Of a stretch of DNA of 64,000 bases, positions 39,015 to 51,977 are shown in pieces. Origin of the DNA: Octopus sinensis (Eukaryota); the NCBI RefSeq assembly GCF_006345805.1, contig NC_042998.1, positions 5,332,001-5,396,000 of the forward strand. Direction: 5' to 3'. Under the pieces are notes generated by a model. It saw only the letters and a list, made by a program, of their open reading frames with translations, did no database searches and had not been told where the DNA came from. The position numbers were made by a program, and so were the translations under genes. Every line of letters starts with the position of its first letter. Position 1 is the stretch's first letter.

Positions 39015-39154
39015 TAGATAGATATAGATAGATAGATAGATAGATAGATACGTTATGCATGCATATTCATATATATGCATGTGTGTATGGGTGTGTGTTG
39101 TGCATTTAATTCATTCGATCGATTTCCTATATAATACTGCATATAAAAGACACC

Positions 39155-39186
<32 letters not shown>

Positions 39187-40876
39187 CGCACACATTTATA
39201 CATACATACATTTGTGAGAGTCTGTTTTACTTATCTGTTTGTATATATGCATTTTCTTGAATGCATATGTATGTGTGATTCTCTTTGTCAATCGTTTCTT
39301 GTAAATTACTGTGCATTTGTTTCAGGAAATTTCCATCTCTGCGGAGCTTCATACTTAAAACGTGTTCCTGTTTTTCACCAATTTTAACAAGAAATATATA
39401 AAAGCAAAAAAATTTATCCAAAATATAAATAGCACTTCTTTGTTGCCATTGACCTCTTATTTTGCTCTTCCAGATTACGAAGATGATATAAATACTGATG
39501 CAAATTTTCTGGGCTTGTCTATTCTGTTTTGCGTTTTGCATTAAATTTTGTATGTGAATAATTTTCTTTTACTTTATATATATTTTGCTCAGTATAAATA
39601 TTAAAATTTTAACATTTAATTTTTTTTTCTGTTTAGTAAGACTTTAATTATCACAATTTCTACAACAAAATTCTCTAACCATGTTATTGAAATGCTAAAT
39701 TATTTCAAAATATCTCAAACAAAATCCTTCACTTCAATATCGAAAACAAAATTTTCAATGGAATATTTTGCTTTTCTTTGCATTGTAATTGAAAGCAATT
39801 ACAAACTGAACTTTCTCCTGAAGTGTTCTTTTGTTTCTTAGAGTTTTACTGTTTCGCAATATCAATTTAGATTGTGAGATATGCATAATACCTACCTTGA
39901 ACCAATCACTGCTTTTCAAGATTCTTCCTGAAAATTTCTTGTATAAATTTTCAATGTGCTAATAGTTTAAGAATATAATTTATTGACAATTATCTTGAGT
40001 TTTTAGTTATTGTTTTATTTGAAACGATGTCCTTATTTCCTTTTCGATTACAGCATTATTCATCAATAGAATCCTGAACCAAACGCAGAAAGCCAAATTC
40101 ACTGTTTGTAATGGGGAAAATATTTGCTGATTTTGCTAAGCTACGTAATAATATTCAAAGTAAAATTTGAATAATGGCAATCCAAAGAGAAATATTTGAA
40201 TGATTATACAATCTTAATTAACTGATTACATCAAATTTGTTAGAATATTGCATTGTTTCGTTAGCTTAAAGTTTAAAATAATTACAGCACTGTCTTTCTG
40301 GTGCGCAACATTAATATCATATTACAGCTCTTCATAGAAATTCAGATTTATTTCTTTGGCAAGTCAACATCTATTACACAAGAGTAGTTCCAGCTTATAA
40401 AATGGTATACAACAGTCACTGTTCAAATATTTTTTTATAATTTATCTCAAATTTGAAGGACAGAGTTTGCAAACTTCAGACCTTCCTAGATTTGTGAATT
40501 TGGTAATGCAGTTGTTCATATTCAGCTTAAATATCAGTTGTAATTAAAAAGATGGTGGCTGATGGAAAGATGTGCGTACGGAGCTTGAAGATAGGAAGGA
40601 TTATTTGTTTCCAGTGTTTAATATGCGGGTCGTAAAGTGGAGTAAAGCAAGCATCTATGAGGGAAAGTGATGTTACATGGCAGTTGTTTGCAGTGGTACA
40701 ACACTTAACATTGCAGTGGATTGGGAACTATTCTAGTAATGAAAAAGGAACGAACTGAAACAGTAATCTTATTTTATGTTAGAAACATTGGTTTCTAATT
40801 TTGGCGCAATCTCAGCAATTTCGGAAGAGAAGGAAGTCAATTACACCGACCTTAATTAATCAGCTGGTACTTAAGC

Positions 40877-41042
40877 GTATGAGTGGCTGTGTGGTAAGTA
40901 GCTTGCTTACAAACCACATGCTTCCGGGTTCAGTCCCACTGCGTGGCACCTTGGGCAAGTCCCTTCTACTATAGCCTCGAGCCGACCAAAGCCTTGTGAG
41001 TGGATTTGGTAGATGGAAACTGAAAGAAGCCCGTCGTATATA

Positions 41043-41115
<73 letters not shown>

Positions 41116-41379
41116 TTGTGTGTCTGTTTGTCCCCCAACGTCGTATATATGTGTGTGTATATATATATGTGTGTGTGTGTGTGTGTTTTTGTCCCCCAAC
41201 ATCGCTTTACAACCGATGCTGGTGGGTTTATGTCCCCGTAACTTAGCGGTTCGGCAAAAGAGACCGATAGAATAATAAGTACTAGGCTTACAAAGAATAA
41301 GTCCTGGGGTCGATTTGCTCGACTAAAGGCGGTGCTCCAGCATGGCCACAGTCAAATGACTGAAGCAAGTAAAAGAGTA
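40877..41379 (+). mobile_element. SINE family A, full length, inserted into a family B remnant
   Basis: gagtggctgtgtggtaag (A box), gggttcagtccc (B box), ggcaccttgggcaagt (CORE-like), internal microsatellite, tail ggcggtgctccagcatggccacagtc...aagtaaaagag. Confidence 0.9.
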
Positions 41380-43171
41380 TCCTGAAAGGATGAAAGGCAA
41401 AGTTGACCTCAGTGGAATATATTAGAAATATTACGCGTAACACACCGTTGCAATCGTGCTATTCCCTTATCTTCGTTGTTAAAATCCCATTTCAGCTGTT
41501 GTGCTTTCTGGCTTTCTTCTCGCGTGTGTCATATTTAATAATTTTCGCTTTTACCTTTTATTCAGTTCGTGGAAAGTAAATTGTTTTCATGCTGCTGTTC
41601 ATGCTTGGAATATTTTTGTATTGGTTATTCTGGTGCTTTTAGTGTCCCTTGCTTGTGATTCTTGAATCAAGTACAGAAAGAATCACTGAACAAGGGTTGA
41701 GCTGACACCGACTAAGTAATTGAAGACATTTAACATTTAGCACTTCATCACTGCTTTTGTTCATTATATCACCGACCCAAAGGTCAATTAGGTGATGGAA
41801 GTTAAGAGCTTTACACCTAATAATTTTATGGTCTTATGGAGGAAGAAGGATGTTATCAATCTCTGTGGAACGAGGTCAAGATAATAGGGAACAACACAGA
41901 AAGATATGGCATCTGATAACTAAGTTTTGATAGCCATATTAGGTTTAGCATAAAGATGAAAATCAAATAGGAACCTTCAGTTACGAAAGAACAGTAAATC
42001 TAAAACCCTAAACGAGGTGACTGTAAATCTCCTAACTTTCATTATCTAATTGTCCTAATCGTCAATTATATAGTGAATATAAGAACTGATTATATACCAA
42101 GCTAGTCGGGTGTGTGTTCCTGAGTCGGAGATTCTATATAGAATCTAGTTAAAATGTAATGAGCAAGCGGCATCGCATGCACGAGAATAAGTAATACGAG
42201 AATACCCCAAGAGTGGACAACAAAACGAAAACAATCTACTTCATATATTAAATAAAGAGTTGGTTTGAAAGTACAAGATGATACCGAAAACAAGACGGGC
42301 TTGAAGAGGGCAGTACAAGAGGTGAAAATTTCTAACTAAAGCAACTGAAGAGAGAACACTAGTCCACAAATATCAGTATGTTATAATTCCTGATCACAAA
42401 AATTTCAACAATTACAATATTAAAGATTCTACATATATTAGACGGTTCTAGACAAAAATATACTTGTCTACAGCAGTTTTCATATGAAAATATCCCTGGT
42501 TTCAATACTGCAATGCGATAATGGACTTTGTTTATCAAAAGATCATAACGGGTATTTATAATTGTGTGACATTTGTTTTTGTCACTACAACAAAACTAAT
42601 ATAAATTGTTTCTAGGGAGAATCCTTGAGCGTCTGTAAAATAACTTCTGATATTGGTCTGGACCATTCAACGTTCAAATCTCGCTTGGTTCAACTTAGCT
42701 TTTTTCTTTTTCAATCCTTCGTCTTCATAAAGTAAAGGACCAGTCACGTTCTGAGTTTGACGATATTGATTGATATCATCCACTCAAAATAGCTGGCCTT
42801 GTACTGAAATCAGAAGCAGCTATGTATTGATTCCCTAATCTATTATAAATACTTCATCTTGACATTATACATGAAACGTTGAGAAGAGATTTAAGAAAAG
42901 TAAACTGAAGTGTGTTCCGCTTTCAAAGCATGATAATTTTTGCGATCCGTACTATAAACTAATGAGATGGGTGTTAATGGTGGAGCGCTTTAATTTCATT
43001 GGGTTACATGGGCCACAGGGACTCATGTGTACTTTTTAATGTATTACTGTTAATTGATCATTCATTAGGACGTTCAATAATTTACTTACTTGACTATCAT
43101 CAACCAAAAGAAATGTAGCTTATCATATTCTTTTCCCCAACTCAATACTCACCATTATTAGGACTTACTAA

Positions 43172-44660
43172 GGCGGCGAGCTGGCAGAATCGTTAGCACG
43201 CCGGGTGAAATGTTTAGTGGTATTTCGTTTGTCGCTATGATCTGAGTTCAAATTCCGCCGAGGTCGACTTTGCCTTTCATCCTTTCGGGGTCGATAAATT
43301 AAGTACTAGTTACGCACTGGAGTCGATGTAATCGACTTAACCCCTTTGTCTCTCCTTGTTTGTCGCCTCTATGTTTAGCCCCTTGTGGGTAGTAAAGAAA
43401 TAGGTATTTCGTCTGTCGCTATGTTCTGAGTTCAAATTCCGCCGAGGTCGACTTTGCCTTTCATCCTTTCGGGGTCGATAAATTAAGTACTAGTTCGCAC
43501 TGGAGTCGATGTAATCGACTTACCCCTTTGTCTCTCCTGTTTGTCGCCTCTATGTTTAGCCCCTTCTGGGTAGTAAAGAAATAGGTATTTCGTCTGTCGC
43601 TATGTTCTGAGTTCAAATTCCGCCGAGGTCGACTTTGCCTTTCATCCTTTCGGGGTCGATAAATTAAGTACTAGTTACGCACTGGAGTCGATGTAATCGA
43701 CTTAACCCCTTTGTCTCTCCTTGTTTGTCGCCTCTATGTTTAGCCCCTTCTGGGTAGTAAAGAAATAGGTATTTCGTCTGTCGCTATGTTCTGAGTTCAA
43801 ATTCCGCCGAGGTCGACTTTGCCTTTCATCCTTTCGGGGTCGATAAATTAAGTACTAGTTACGCACTGGAGTCGATGTAATCGACTTAACCCCTTTGTCT
43901 CTCCTTGTTTGTCGCCTCTATGTTTAGCCCCTTCTGGGTAGTAAAGAAATAGGTATTTCGTCTGTCGCTATGTTCTGAGTTCAAATTCCGCCGAGGTCGA
44001 CTTTGCCTTTCATCCTTTCGGGGTCGATAAATTAAGTACTAGTTCGCACTGGAGTCGATGTAATCGACTTAACCCCTTTGTCTCTCCTTGTTTGTCGCCT
44101 CTATGTTTAGCCCCTTCTGGGTAGTAAAGAAATAGGTATTTCGTCTGTCGCTATGTTCTGAGTTCAAATTCCGCCGAGGTCGACTTTGCCTTCATCCTTT
44201 CGGGGTCGATAAATTAAGTACTAGTACGCACTGGAGTCGATGTAATCGACTTACCCCTTTGTCTCTCCTTGTTTGTCGCCTCTATTTTAGCCCCTTGTGG
44301 GTAGTAAAGAAATAGGTATTTCGTCTGTCGCTATGTTCTGAGTTCAAATTCCGCCGAGGTCGACTTTGCCTTTCATCCTTTCGGGGTCGATAAATTAAGT
44401 ACTAGTTACGCACTGGAGACGATGTAATCGACTTAACCCCTTTGTCTCTCCTTGTTTGTCGCCTCTATGTTTAGCCCCTTCTGGGTAGTAAAGAAATAGG
44501 TATTTCGTCTGTCGCTATGTTCTGAGTTCAAATTCCGCCGAGGTCAACTTTGCTTTTTATCCTTTTTGAGTCGATAAACTAAATCCCAGTGGAACACTGA
44601 GGTCGATGTAATCGACTCTTCCCCTCCCTCAAAATGGCTGCTCTTGTGGAAAAATTTGAA
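43172..44660 (+). repeat. Tandem array of SINE family B: one head, seven ~184-bp units with tail A, and a last unit with tail B
   Basis: The motif tctgagttcaaattccgccg starts at 43241, 43425, 43606, 43790, 43974, 44157, 44337 and 44521. accattattaggactta flanks both ends (43151-43167 and 44661-44677). Confidence 0.97.
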
Positions 44661-45038
44661 ACCATTATTAGGACTTAATACAAAATACCTTGTTCAAATT
44701 CCACACTGTTCTTCTAATCCAAGACGGATTATTCTATATAATATGGGCAATACCATTCATTAAATAAATACGAAGAGGAAATAGCTTTTACTTTTTACTT
44801 GCTTCAAGCATTAGATCTCGGCATGGCTTGGGCACCACCTGAAAGTGTTTGTCAAACAAATCGACTCCAGCAGTTATTGTTTTAATATCTGGTACTTACT
44901 TATTCTATTGGTCGCTTTTGCCGAGCCATTTTGTTGCGGTGAGGTAAACAAACCAACACCGGTTGTACGCGATGAATGTGGACAAAACAGAACGCAATGA
45001 GACATGCACACACACACACACACACACATACACATATA

Positions 45039-45310
45039 CTCGCGGTCGGAGGATCGCGGTTTCAATTCACAGACCGGGCGTTGTGTGTTTATTGAGCTAA
45101 AACACCTAAAAAGTTCCACGAGTCTCCGGTAGGGGTGGTGGTAACCCCTGTTGTACTCTTTCGCCACAACTTTCTCTCACTCTCTCTTCCTGTTTCTTGA
45201 GTAACGCTGCGATGGAGTGGCGTCCCGTCCAGCTGGGGGGAATACATACGCCACAGAAACCGGGAAACCGGGCCCATGAGCCTCGCTAGGCTTGAAAAGG
45301 GCGACTTTAT
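45039..45310 (+). mobile_element. Mosaic SINE: family C head and body joined to the 3' module of the 11981-12479 SINE
   Basis: Family C sequence runs to ...cttcctgtttc, then gagtaacgctgcgatggagtggcgtcccgtccagctgggg...ccgggcccatgagcc...aaaagggcg. Confidence 0.7.
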
Positions 45311-45846
45311 CGTTTTATACATGTATGTGTGTGTGTGTGTGTGTGTGTATTTATACTTTCCGTATACGAAATTCAACAAGTCATAGGCCTGCTCAGGACT
45401 ATAGAAGAAAATACTGGGCACTAAGCCTCATGGTAGCAAAGCAAACTTCTTAAGCCTACAGTTATGCCTGCACCTATTTGTAAACTAATTTAAAGAAAAA
45501 TGATTTTCAAAAATTCATTGTTACTTTCCTTTAGCACCTGAACAACTCTGGCTATGTGGTATATGATTAAAGGCATTTCAACCATCAGCGCCTCTCATTT
45601 GGAAAATCAGGAACTCCGTTGTTCAATGCATCTGTCTTTAATTACGACTGTAGGCTGTGAATTGAGGGACAATCGATTGATCACATTGACAGTTTTCTTT
45701 CCATAGCTGGTTGCTTGCATGAGTATTGATCTCAAGTCTCTACTTTTGTATAGCATAAGTTCTAAATATATGTGAGATCTTTAAAAAAATTTGTTCACGA
45801 AAGCTTTAAAATTGTATACTGTTTATTAAATTTCTACTTTACAATC

Positions 45847-45927
<81 letters not shown>

Positions 45928-48236
45928 CAAACTATTTCTATTGTATCAAATAAAAAGAAAAATGTAACACAGTAAGTAAATAAACTATCTTTTATCAGCT
46001 CCTTCACTAAATGTGTATTAATAATCAATAGCAGAAAGCATAAATAAATGATTTTTTCAGCCAGTAAAGCATCGTATCAGACCAAACTTTGCTCATGGGG
46101 TAATGAACAGATTCTTCATAATTACAGCCGAACTGTACTTCTCTCAATGCAAAATATTTGCTTACTTTCATATTTAATTGAATTTTTCAGCAGTTTCTGA
46201 AAACCATTTTGTAAATTTTTATATCCGTTTTTTTTTTTCTCGGAATATGGTGGAATGCGTAGACTCCAGGGCATTCGCTTTTATTTTTTGTATAGCCTTG
46301 TTAAAATTTCGATGTAGAAATACTAGTTTTGTCATTATGCAGTTATATGAATATTTTTCTTATGAAAGTAAAATTTGATTTCAGAATCCCCTTCGGGAGA
46401 TTGTTTGCTAGATAAAAAGAAAAACAGGGCTAAAACATAACAAAAATGTTGGTGGGTCTTGATTTAGCTAAGAGATATGGCAACGAACAATAGAATTAAA
46501 GATGACAAAAAATTTGAGCCAAGCAAAACTACTTTTTTTTACCCAAAACAAAGCATTTTGTTGAAGTTCCCTTTCTACAGAATATACCTTCCCATCAATT
46601 ATTTAAGCTTCAGCAAGTCAACATTTAAAATCTCGCCAAATGCATGAGAAGAAGTGTTTCAAAGGAACAGAACAGCCCATCATCTATAAAATGTACATAT
46701 CAAAAAATATCAAACGAAACGAAGCAGATCACAAAACATATAAAGACTTATAAAAAGTATTCGACTCAACAGTGATGTGTAGAGATATTTTTTTACTTTT
46801 ATTGATAAAATAATTGTTCAGAAAGACACCCACATTCAAAAGATGTTTTATTAGCATTGCCTGATTCAGTTTTCAAAAATAATAGTAAAAGTTGTTCAAT
46901 TCAGCAATGTCGTCATATGTTTATTCCAAAAGCTTCAAGTTCAAGTCTTCAGCCTGTAAATTTGAGAAAAAATTCCTTTGAATTGCATGAAGAACACGAC
47001 TTCAAATATTTATTTTCGTACTTGTCTAAATTTACAAATTTGAATCAGTCTCTGGTATAACATACGTGGGTCGTATGCGTTTTTGTTCTCTTTGCTTCCA
47101 GTTAAATTGAATATTTTTCAATATGAAGATACCCATTCCTGCTTTAGCTGGTGGATATCTTCATACTTCGGCGAAATCTGATATTTTCTACACGCACCAG
47201 ATATAAACTATTTTCAGGCCTCCGGTTTGAAGATATCTTCTTCCCTTCCGTTCAATCTGTTAAAGACAATGGACACTATCTTCTTTCCTGATTAAAAGAT
47301 AGAAAAATCTGCATGAACCTGTATCACTTTTAGTTATCTTCACACTTGCAGCATGCCCGTAATGCGTCGTAAAGTTAACGAAACAAGGATCAATATCATT
47401 TCCATTGCTTCTGGATGAAATTTTGTATTCCATCACCCCGTATTCAGCAATGCAAGACTGTGCGCAGGTATGTTGGAACACCATCTCAGTTGTTGCTTCG
47501 CTTCTTTCTAGTTTTTTTTAAACCATAGACATAGTCTCATGCGCCTTCCCTCAATTGATTAAAATAACATTATTCCATATTTCAACCAAAGCTTCTTTCT
47601 TTTAAGAACATGTTGAAAATCCCTCCATTTTCTTTTGCATTTTCATTTCTTTTGGTAAGCAGAATTAAGTTACTTTCTTCCGTGTTCTTTCTTCAATAAA
47701 ATCATCTAGCAAGGAGGCGGAATATTTCGTGACATACCTGTTTTGCATTCCTTTTAATTCTGCGGATTGAACCATATTCATAACTAGTTCTTCACTGGCA
47801 ACAATGGTTAAAGAATTTCTGCTTTTGTTGCTATCTTCATCGTTGATTCCCATGTAAATGTTTATGCTTGCTCGTTTAAGTGTTATATTTTTTATATGCT
47901 TGTCAAGTTTTCTTTTCAGATTCATGTTCTTGTTTACAAAATATTCGAAAACCCATTCAAAATTCTTGAGGTGTGTAAGTTAACAGAAAACACGTTCGTA
48001 TACAGGTAAGCAAATATTTATAAAATGAATTTATCTACCCAACCACAAATCTTATTCTCCACCCAACGTAAAAAGAGTAGATATTCAAATGTTTCAAAGT
48101 ATAATATTTTTTTTTAATGTTTTTTTTATTAAGTATAAACACGATGATTTTTTTCTGTAGCAAAGCTGTGTCTAATCACGCTCGCTCTCTTCAATACAGA
48201 ACAATAACAAGAATTAAATCACCAACAACAACTACC

Positions 48237-48274
<38 letters not shown>

Positions 48275-48289
48275 TTCTACTGAAGGTAC

Positions 48290-48475
48290 AAGGGCTAGAT
48301 TTTGAGGGGAGGGGCTAGCCGATTACGTCGACCCCAGGGTTTCACTGGTACTTAAGTTATCGACCCCAAAAGGGATAAGTCGAACTCGGCGGAATCTGAA
48401 CTCAGAAGGTAGCGACGAGCGAAATACTGTTAAGCATTTCGTCCAGCTTGCTAACAATTCTGCCAGTTCGTCGCT
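48290..48475 (-). mobile_element. SINE family B copy with a (TAA)n tail
   Basis: Family B head and body; tail runs into (taa)n at about 48238-48272. Confidence 0.8.
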
Positions 48476-48479
48476 CGTA

Positions 48480-48950
48480 TTTACCTATCTGCTAGCTGAA
48501 AACGGTTAAGTAGTTTTATGGAGCCCTGTCTCCCCTTCTAACAGTATTCGAGCCGACACAATCCACACGTGCATGGCAAATTGCGTTAAAGTCACCTAAC
48601 ATTATTATAGAGTGAGACGAACAAAGAAATGTCTCCAAGCTTCGAAAAAATAAAAGGCTTTTCCTGCTCCTGCAGAGGCATAAACCGATACCAACCTGAA
48701 GGTCTTACCGCTGAACGTCACATCCACGACGACCAGCTCGCCCTACGGGTTGATAAAAATTGTTTTACATTCAACGCCCATGTTTTTTCTGAACAGCATA
48801 GCAACATCTCCACTCCAGAAATAATGTTCTCGTAGCCATTTAGGAGTGGGGGAAAATCCCTCTGACTGCTCAACCTGGACTCTGTGGCAACTATATCTAT
48901 TCGGTGCGACCTGAGGTCATGTAGGAAGCGGGCTTTGCCTTTCACCCTTT
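48480..48950 (-). mobile_element. Apurinic-type (APE) endonuclease fragment of an L1/Tx1 LINE
   Basis: Minus strand KARFLHDLRSHRIDIVATESRL...ELVVVDVTFSGKTFRLVSVYA...IIMLGDFNAIC, with LGDFN at 48585-48599. Confidence 0.8.
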
Positions 48951-49830
48951 TATGGTCGGTAACATAAGTACCAGTTGCGTACTGGGGCCTATGTAATCGA
49001 CTTAACCCTCCCCCTATCTTGCTGGCCTTCTTCCAAAATTTGAAAGCATTATTGGTAGGGGGTGAGCTGGCAGAATCGTTAGCTCGTTGGATGAAATGCT
49101 TAGCGATATTTCGCCCGTCGCTACGTTCTGAGTTCAAATTCCCTCGAGGTCGACTTTATCTTTCATACTTTCTGGGTCGATAAATTAAGTACCAGTGAAA
49201 CCCTGGAGAGTCGATGTAATCGACTTCTCTCCTCCACCAAAGTGGCTGCCATTGTAGCAAAATTTGAAAGCATTTTTATAATTTATGTCCCAATCATTCG
49301 ATTCTATTATAAATTTTTAATAGATTTTTTCATATTTGTGTTTTTCATTGTATCGTCCACTCTATGTTTGCCCTCCACCCCTGTGGGCAATAAAGAATTA
49401 AGAATCGTTAATCGGGCGAAATACTAAGCGCTATTTCGTCTGCGTTACGTTGTGAGTTCAAATTCCGCCGAGGTCGACTTTGCCTTTCATCCTTTCGGGG
49501 TCGATAAATTAAGTACCAGTTACGCACTGGTGTCGATGTAATCGACTTAACACCTATGTATGTCCTTGTTTGTCCCCTCTGTGTTTAGCCCCTTGTGGGT
49601 AATAAAGAAATAGGTATTTCGACTGCCGTTACGTTCTGATTTCAAATTCCGCCAAAGTCGACTTTGCCTTTCATCCTTTCGGGGTCGATTAAATAAGTAC
49701 CAGTTATACACTAGGATCGATATAATCGACTTAATCCGTTTGTCTGTCCTTGTTTGTCCTCTCTGTGTTTAGTCCCTTGTGAGTAGTAAAGAAATAGGTA
49801 TTTCGTTTGCCGTTGCGTTCTGAGTTCAAC
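48950..49830 (+). mobile_element. Cluster of family B SINE copies including tail A-to-GGTATTTCG junctions
   Basis: Head near 49060 with tail B, then body-plus-tail A units joined at aaagaaata/ggtatttcg near 49612 and 49797. Confidence 0.85.
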
Positions 49831-50784
49831 TTTCGCACGAACATTTGATCATTATAAATAAGTCATTTGTGAAGGTCGTTTAGCAAAAGATGGACGCTCA
49901 TACGTACTCTTCGACGAGAGAAACCATCATACGCGCACACACACACACACACACACATACACACCCACCCGCGCGCGCGCGACTTTGCTTTCATCCTTTT
50001 GGAGTCGATTAAATGAATACCAGTAACTACTGGAGTCGATGTAATCGGCTTAATCCGTTTGTCGATCCTTGTTTGTCCCTTCTATGTTTAACCCACTGTG
50101 GGCCATAAAGAAATAACAATTTCATTCTGCAAACTGAGTGTGTGTGAGTGTCGTTGTTATATCAAACGTTGTTACTAGAAACATTCTCACTCATGTTGCT
50201 GGCTTCAAAAATCTCATTTGTTATCGAAAAATCGTTTCGTTCATTTTCTTTCATTTCCTTTTTTTCTTTTCTTTTCTGCATGACAAAGTAAATACCAATT
50301 CCTTTTGGTTCAAATTTTCTTCACGTGATCTGTAGGATCCTATTGGAAAAAAGCAAAACAATCTTGTTTGTTTATGAATAATGAACGAAATATTTTCTTC
50401 GAAAATTAAAGAACTTTTCACCGCTGGTGAAGAATTGTTGCAATCCTTTCTAAGTAGAAATTCTGCAATAAATAAAACAATTTTCCGTCTAATTTCACAC
50501 GTTTCATACTTTTATTGTGTTGAAAGAGCAAGAAATAACAGGTCTAGCTGACACATAAACGAAAATAATATAAATAGCCGCAGTAAAAAGAAAATATTAA
50601 AGAAAGGGTGTATGGCGTACAACTTGACGAAAAGCCCCTTTACAAAGTTTCAGATGCTCAGATGCAAAGCAGGATAAACATCTTAGAACATAGATATACA
50701 CATACTATTACACAGACATGCATATTTATATATATACACACATATATATATATACAAACATACATACATGCATATATATATATG

Positions 50785-50822
<38 letters not shown>

Positions 50823-50850
50823 AACATACATATATGCATATATATATATG

Positions 50851-50895
<45 letters not shown>

Positions 50896-50899
<4 letters not shown>

Positions 50900-51390
50900 A
50901 GCCTAAATCACTTAAAAAGATTCTCACAAAGGCAAAATTGTCTTCTAAAATTACGGATGCAAAAGTTAAAAAATGTGGTAGATCGAACTGTGCAACATGT
51001 CCTAACCTATTGGAAGGATCAGAATTCTTCTTTAAAGAGGGACAGAAATTTAAGATCAAATCTAACTTTACTTGTGCCTCTGAAAACATAATTTATGTTA
51101 TTAAATGCTCGGGCTGCCACCAAGACTACGTGGGTTCCACGGGACTATCACTCAGGCGCAGATGCACACTGCATCGACAACAGATTGCATTCCCAGAATA
51201 TAGAATGATACCTTTTAGTGAGCACATCGAGAAATGCGCAAAGCAACTACTGCCACAATTTTTAATCTTCCCATTTTACCAATGTGCTTTCGGATCATCA
51301 ACACAAATGAGACTGAACAAGGAAACATTCTTCATTGAAAAGTACAAACCCAGACTCAACCATCCGAACATACTGACACAGAGAAATTAA
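50896..51390 (+). mobile_element. Penelope-like GIY-YIG endonuclease, open over ~165 codons
   Basis: [14 protein letters not shown]...[11 protein letters not shown] (Cys linker)...[36 protein letters not shown]...FSEH...[17 protein letters not shown]. Confidence 0.92.
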
Positions 51391-51751
51391 CAAGGAAATG
51401 GGAAAAAAAATTTTTTAAGCGATTATCTCCCCTACACCGGAAAAATCAATCACTACCTCCCCTTATTTAGAAATCTCCTGGAAATAAAAACAACGATAAT
51501 TCCATACAATATAAACATAACGTCACAAGAAATTTGAAAAGCTACACGCGAAACCGGTAATTTCTTTAAAAATTTTAAAATTATGTCATTTTAAGGAAAG
51601 GAAAAAAATTTTTCCAATATTCTCCAGACATTTTGACACAAATATATATATTTTTTAACATTTAAGCCTTCTGTCGTTTTTTCACACTTTACTATTTTCT
51701 TATATATATATATATATATACAAACATATATACATGCATATATATACATAC

Positions 51752-51786
<35 letters not shown>

Positions 51787-51879
51787 CATACATATATATA
51801 TATACATACATACATATATATATATACATACATACATATATATATACATACATATATATATACATACATACATATATAT

Positions 51880-51924
<45 letters not shown>

Positions 51925-51977
51925 CAAACATACATACATGCATATATATATATAATACATACGCGTTTGTGTATAAA

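Noticed and set aside
43172-43265. Functional tRNA genes in SINE heads
   Set aside because: A and B boxes and partial stems are present, but the anticodon arm is over-long and each head runs directly into SINE body sequence.
43400-43585. Self-cleaving ribozyme inside the 184-bp unit
   Set aside because: Small hairpins exist (gtcgat-gta-atcgac; ctagt/ccagt-tacgc-actgg), but I found no hammerhead core on either strand and no convincing twister or HDV pattern. An Infernal scan would settle it.
43172-44660. CRISPR-like array
   Set aside because: Units are near-identical along their whole length with no unique spacers, and they match a dispersed SINE. There are no cas genes.
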